Below are positions 60,352 to 64,000 of a stretch of DNA of 64,000 bases, piece by piece. Each line of letters starts with the position of its first letter. The first letter of the stretch is position 1. The stretch is taken from the NCBI GenBank assembly GCA_964650285.1, contig CAZYSP010000004.1, forward strand, positions 354 to 64,353. Direction: 5' to 3'. The notes under the pieces were generated by a model that saw nothing but the letters and a program-made list of their open reading frames with translations, was not told the origin of the DNA and searched no databases. The position numbers and the translations under genes were made by a program. Source of the stretch: an uncultured Methanosarcinales archaeon (GTDB lineage Archaea; Nanobdellota; Nanobdellia; Woesearchaeales; GW2011-AR4).

Positions 60352-60897
60352 TCATAATTGCACTGCTTTAACCTTAAGCGAATGTTCTTCCTTAAATATC
60401 CATGACAACATATGTGGAAACTTTAATACGACCAATTCTATTGGGATTCTTTCATTAACTCTTTCTTTAAGTTTTGCTCCATGTTGCAATCCAGGTGCAA
60501 TATGATAGATATGCCCCTTTTCCAATAAATACTCCTCCCTATTAAGCATAAAAATGGCTTCTCCGTTATGTGCATAATAGAATTCTTCCTCTCTATGGGA
60601 ATGATTAATACCTCCAGGGTTAACAGAGATATAAAGCAACTCAGAATCTTCAATTGATTTGTCATACCCTTGTACTACTACTCTGCCCAGTTCTTTTTTA
60701 TAATAGTCCTGTCCTTGGCCTGTTACCTCAGTTTTTGGAATCCATTTCAAGAGGCTTGCATTGTTAATTAGTTCACTATATTCGTGCAATATCTCTGCGC
60801 AAGCCTTATCAAAAGCAGGATTTCCACTACTACCGTGAAGCACGATGCGTTCTAAATCACTTGAGTTTCCTATAAATAATCTTTTTTCTTTAAGCAT
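60352..60897 (-). CDS. Cupin-domain protein
   Basis: HSHREEEFYY...G; HIAPGLQH. Confidence 0.8.
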   Translation of the reverse strand: MLKEKRLFIGNSSDLERIVLHGSSGNPAFDKACAEILHEYSELINNASLLKWIPKTEVTGQGQDYYKKELGRVVVQGYDKSIEDSELLYISVNPGGINHSHREEEFYYAHNGEAIFMLNREEYLLEKGHIYHIAPGLQHGAKLKERVNERIPIELVVLKFPHMLSWIFKEEHSLKVKAVQL

Positions 60898-61006
60898 TTT
60901 TTAAAGGTATAGCAAATTCATTTTAAATCTTATCGGCAAATTCTATATTTTTTATAGCATGCTCCAAACCAAAACATATTAATATACCTTTGATTCCGGA
61001 TGTTTT

Positions 61007-61762
61007 ATGAAATCTTTAATGTTCAAGGCTGCAAAAGCTGCAGGCAAAGTTATACTGGAACACTATGGTAACATAGGAAAATTAAAGTTTAAAGCTCCCA
61101 GGGACATAGTTACAAAAGCAGACGTTCTTTCAGAAAAAATAATTATTGAGACAATAAGAAGCAAATTTCCAGATCATGGTTTTATTACTGAAGAAAGCGG
61201 CAGTCTTGTACGAAGTTCAGAATATAAATGGATTATAGACCCTATTGACGGCACTATTAACTATGCGTCAAAAATACCTGAGTTTGCAGTTTCTATTGCA
61301 TTGGCAAAAAACGATGAAATTTTGATGGGTGTAGTTTACAATCCAGTCACTAATGACATGTATTTTGCTGAAAAAGGAAAAGGCGCTTATCTGAATAATA
61401 AAAAGATTGAAGTTTCTAAAAAAAATGAACTGCGACATTGTTTACTCGGGTTTAGTACTCCAAGTGGTATTAAACTTGGAAGGAAATCATGGAATATATT
61501 AAGAAAAAGTCATGGAAGTTTTAGGGCAGTAAGGAATTCCGGCTCTGCAGCTCTGAATTTATGCTATGTTGCAGATAGGAAATTTGACATGTACTTTAGT
61601 TTAAACCTGAATGCATGGGATGTTGCAGCTGCCAAAATTATAGTTGAGGAAGCCGGAGGAAAAGTTACGAATATCAATAATAAAAAATGGAGCATTAATG
61701 ACAAGACAGTTGTCGGAAGCAACAAGATTTTGCATAATAAACTCATCAAACTGCTAAAATGA
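61007..61762 (+). CDS. suhB: Inositol monophosphatase family protein
   Basis: TEE, WIIDPIDGT, GSAAL, WDVAAA. Confidence 0.92.
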   Translation: MKSLMFKAAKAAGKVILEHYGNIGKLKFKAPRDIVTKADVLSEKIIIETIRSKFPDHGFITEESGSLVRSSEYKWIIDPIDGTINYASKIPEFAVSIALAKNDEILMGVVYNPVTNDMYFAEKGKGAYLNNKKIEVSKKNELRHCLLGFSTPSGIKLGRKSWNILRKSHGSFRAVRNSGSAALNLCYVADRKFDMYFSLNLNAWDVAAAKIIVEEAGGKVTNINNKKWSINDKTVVGSNKILHNKLIKLLK

Positions 61763-62508
61763 ATATCGTTGTTTTGGGCTCTGGAACATCAGTACCGAGG
61801 CTTGATAGGAATATGTCTGGTTATTTATTAGAAGTTGGCAAGAAAAATATTTTGTTTGATTCCGGTCCTGGTACAATAAGGCAGTTATTAAAATTAAAAG
61901 TAAATTTTCTGGACATAGATGATATTTTTTATACACATCTGCATAATGACCATATTAATGATTTACCGGCAATTATCTGGGGCAATAACTACGGGACTTT
62001 TAGAAAGAAAGCATTAAATCTTTACGTTCCTGTAGGTTTTAAAAAATATTTTGATATTCTGATTAAAAAAATTATGAAGCCAATAAAATTAACTTACGCA
62101 GTTAAGATCAAAGAGATGAAAAACAATTCAATAGCTAAGCTTTCGAATAATCTAACGGTAAAATCAATTAAATCAAAACACACAGAAAACAGCGTTTCTT
62201 ACAGGATTGAGCATAATAATAAATCAATTGTTTATAGCGGAGACAGTGATTATTCCCGAAATATAATAAAATTGTCTAAAAATACTGATTTGTTGATTTT
62301 GGAATGCTCTTTTCCGGATAATGAAAAAGTTGAAGGACATTTAACTTCTTCTTTATGCGGCAGAATAGCTGCTAAAGCTAATGTAAAAAAGCTTGTCCTG
62401 ACACATTTTTATCCTGAATGTGACAAGGTCGATATAAAAAAACAGTGCAGTAAAGAATTTGATGGAAAAATTATTTTGGCCAAGGATTTTATGAAAATTA
62501 ATGTATAA
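61759..62508 (+). CDS. RNase Z-like MBL-fold hydrolase
   Basis: LGSG, DSGPG, THLHNDH, YSGD, H, LTHFY. Confidence 0.85.
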   Translation: MNIVVLGSGTSVPRLDRNMSGYLLEVGKKNILFDSGPGTIRQLLKLKVNFLDIDDIFYTHLHNDHINDLPAIIWGNNYGTFRKKALNLYVPVGFKKYFDILIKKIMKPIKLTYAVKIKEMKNNSIAKLSNNLTVKSIKSKHTENSVSYRIEHNNKSIVYSGDSDYSRNIIKLSKNTDLLILECSFPDNEKVEGHLTSSLCGRIAAKANVKKLVLTHFYPECDKVDIKKQCSKEFDGKIILAKDFMKINV

Positions 62509-62577
62509 TTATATTTCTATAATAGTAAGATTTAAATATTCCAGATTGCAGAAGTAAAATCAAAAGAGGCACAAAAA

Positions 62578-63210
62578 ATGAAAAAAGAAGGTAAAAATCA
62601 ACCAAATACTTTGCTTTTAGCTATAGTTTTAGGAATACTTGCTGGAGGCATAACAGCATATGCTATTGTAAATTATAAGCTGAGTCAACCAAAAAATCAG
62701 GATGATCTTATCAAAGAGTTCTATGAAGTTGAAACTGCAGTTCATGTAAGTCCGCATGGTATGAGAAAACATTTAGGGGAAGACCCCAATCAGGTTATTG
62801 TTGATTTAAGAAGCCAAGAAGAATATGAGACAGCTCATATTACTACTGCCATAAATATACCTGCTTATGCAACACCAGATAAATCTGATTATGGTGCTGT
62901 TGAGAGAATTGTTGGCAGATTTGAAAAAATACTAGAAGAAAACCCCGATGCAGATATTATTGTTTATTGTTACAGTGGACCTTGTATGACTGGGAGAAAG
63001 ATTGGTCACATGCTTGCAGACCATGGAATCTATGTAAGACATCTTGGTATTGGCTGGAGTGAGTGGAGATATTATTGGAATATGTGGAACCATGATGGGG
63101 AAACACAAGTTAACCCAGAGGCATTTATAACAAGCGGACCTGAACCAGGAACTTTAGACGAAGATTTAACTGGCCAAGGTTGTCCAATAGAAGGTGCATT
63201 TGGCTGTTGA
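62578..63210 (+). CDS. Membrane-anchored rhodanese-domain protein
   Basis: VDLRSQEEY..AHI..AINIP, VYCYSGPC. Confidence 0.85.
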   Translation: MKKEGKNQPNTLLLAIVLGILAGGITAYAIVNYKLSQPKNQDDLIKEFYEVETAVHVSPHGMRKHLGEDPNQVIVDLRSQEEYETAHITTAINIPAYATPDKSDYGAVERIVGRFEKILEENPDADIIVYCYSGPCMTGRKIGHMLADHGIYVRHLGIGWSEWRYYWNMWNHDGETQVNPEAFITSGPEPGTLDEDLTGQGCPIEGAFGC

Positions 63211-63216
63211 GGTTTT

Positions 63217-63606
63217 ATGAAAAAAATATTTTTATTTGTTTTTTTGGTTGCAGGAATAATTGCTACCGGCTGTACACCGCAGGTACAAGATAATCCTGAG
63301 CCTTCAGAGCTTGATGATTTTGCTAAATGTCTGAATGAAAATGAGTTAAGGATGTACGGCCAATATACTTGTGGCGTATGCAGAAAACAAAGGGAGCTTT
63401 TTGGCTCTTCTTTCCATTATGTAGGGGAAATAGAATGCCATCCTGAAGGAGAAAATCCGCAAACACAACTTTGTCTGGAAAAAGATATTATGAAAACTCC
63501 AACATGGATTCTTGAAAAAGATGGTGTTGAGGTTGATAGGCTTGAAGGATACCAGACTTTAGAAACTTTATCTGAATTTTCAGGATGTTCTATTGAAGGA
63601 ACATGA
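63217..63606 (+). CDS. Thioredoxin-like lipoprotein
   Basis: Lipobox ATGC; YGQYTCGVC...Q..LFG; TPTW. Confidence 0.8.
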   Translation: MKKIFLFVFLVAGIIATGCTPQVQDNPEPSELDDFAKCLNENELRMYGQYTCGVCRKQRELFGSSFHYVGEIECHPEGENPQTQLCLEKDIMKTPTWILEKDGVEVDRLEGYQTLETLSEFSGCSIEGT

Positions 63607-63619
63607 TTACTGATAAAAA

Positions 63620-63694
63620 ATGAAAAAAAAGAAAAGTGCTAAGCCTAAAAACAAGGGTAAGAAAAAAAAGAAAAATGTTTGTGAGTTTTGTTGA
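63620..63694 (+). CDS. 24-aa Lys-rich peptide ending CEFC
   Basis: MKKKKSAKPKNKGKKKKKNVCEFC, filling the gap between two operon genes. Confidence 0.6.
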   Translation: MKKKKSAKPKNKGKKKKKNVCEFC

Positions 63695-63709
63695 TTATAG
63701 GTGTAAAAC

Positions 63710-64000
63710 ATGGCTGAACAGCTTACACTTGGTATAATAATTGTAGCAGCATTGGCTGACAGCATCAATCCATGTGTTTTTGGGGTTCTAATATTTTTGC
63801 TGGCCTATATGGTTACTGTTTTCAAAAATAAATTGAAAATGCTGCTTGCGGGCATTATTTATACAGCTGTAGTTTATATCACTTATCTTTTAATCGGGAT
63901 TGGCTTGCTGGCAGTTGCGCAATCAACAGGGATTGTTAAGCCATTTTACTGGGTTGCAGGTATTATAGCAATATTAGCTGGCATTCTAGAGGTAAAAGAC
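63710..64000 (+). CDS. CcdA/DsbD-family membrane protein (partial, runs off window)
   Basis: AALADSINPCVFGVLIFL plus TM segments. Confidence 0.82.
   Translation, partial: MAEQLTLGIIIVAALADSINPCVFGVLIFLLAYMVTVFKNKLKMLLAGIIYTAVVYITYLLIGIGLLAVAQSTGIVKPFYWVAGIIAILAGILEVKD

Overview
AT-rich archaeal chromosome segment, most consistent with a Woesearchaeota-like DPANN archaeon. This is an inference from GatD, S8e, L37e, LSm, aIF5A, HerA, PINA, archaeal SRP RNA and BHB-type tRNA introns occurring together with bacterial-type dnaK/dnaJ/grpE, nrdR, ribA/ribD/ribB and argCJBDFGH. Content: a full acetyl-cycle arginine operon with a divergent ACT-domain regulator, partial riboflavin and purine pathways, the DnaK chaperone operon, four tRNA genes (three with introns, one of them with three), an SRP RNA that appears to lack helix 6, redox/surface proteins and several ORFans. 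No CRISPR array, integrase or transposase was seen. The most striking unexplained signal is a three-copy, 120-150 nt structured intergenic element (19857-20008 +, 26041-26187 +, 50244-50365 -). It has an invariant GGGGAGGTGGGTGGG motif, a fixed-length 20-nt variable slot, a variable-length internal stem, an invariant CTAAAGTCCGCTCTGGCA, and closing stems that differ in sequence between copies but always pair. It is a candidate new ncRNA family. Also notable: an MscS-C39 peptidase fusion, an aIF5A lacking the hypusine lysine, Cys-terminated micro-ORFs, a frameshifted zincin and two families of small dispersed repeats. All calls are by eye; no searches or folding programs were run.
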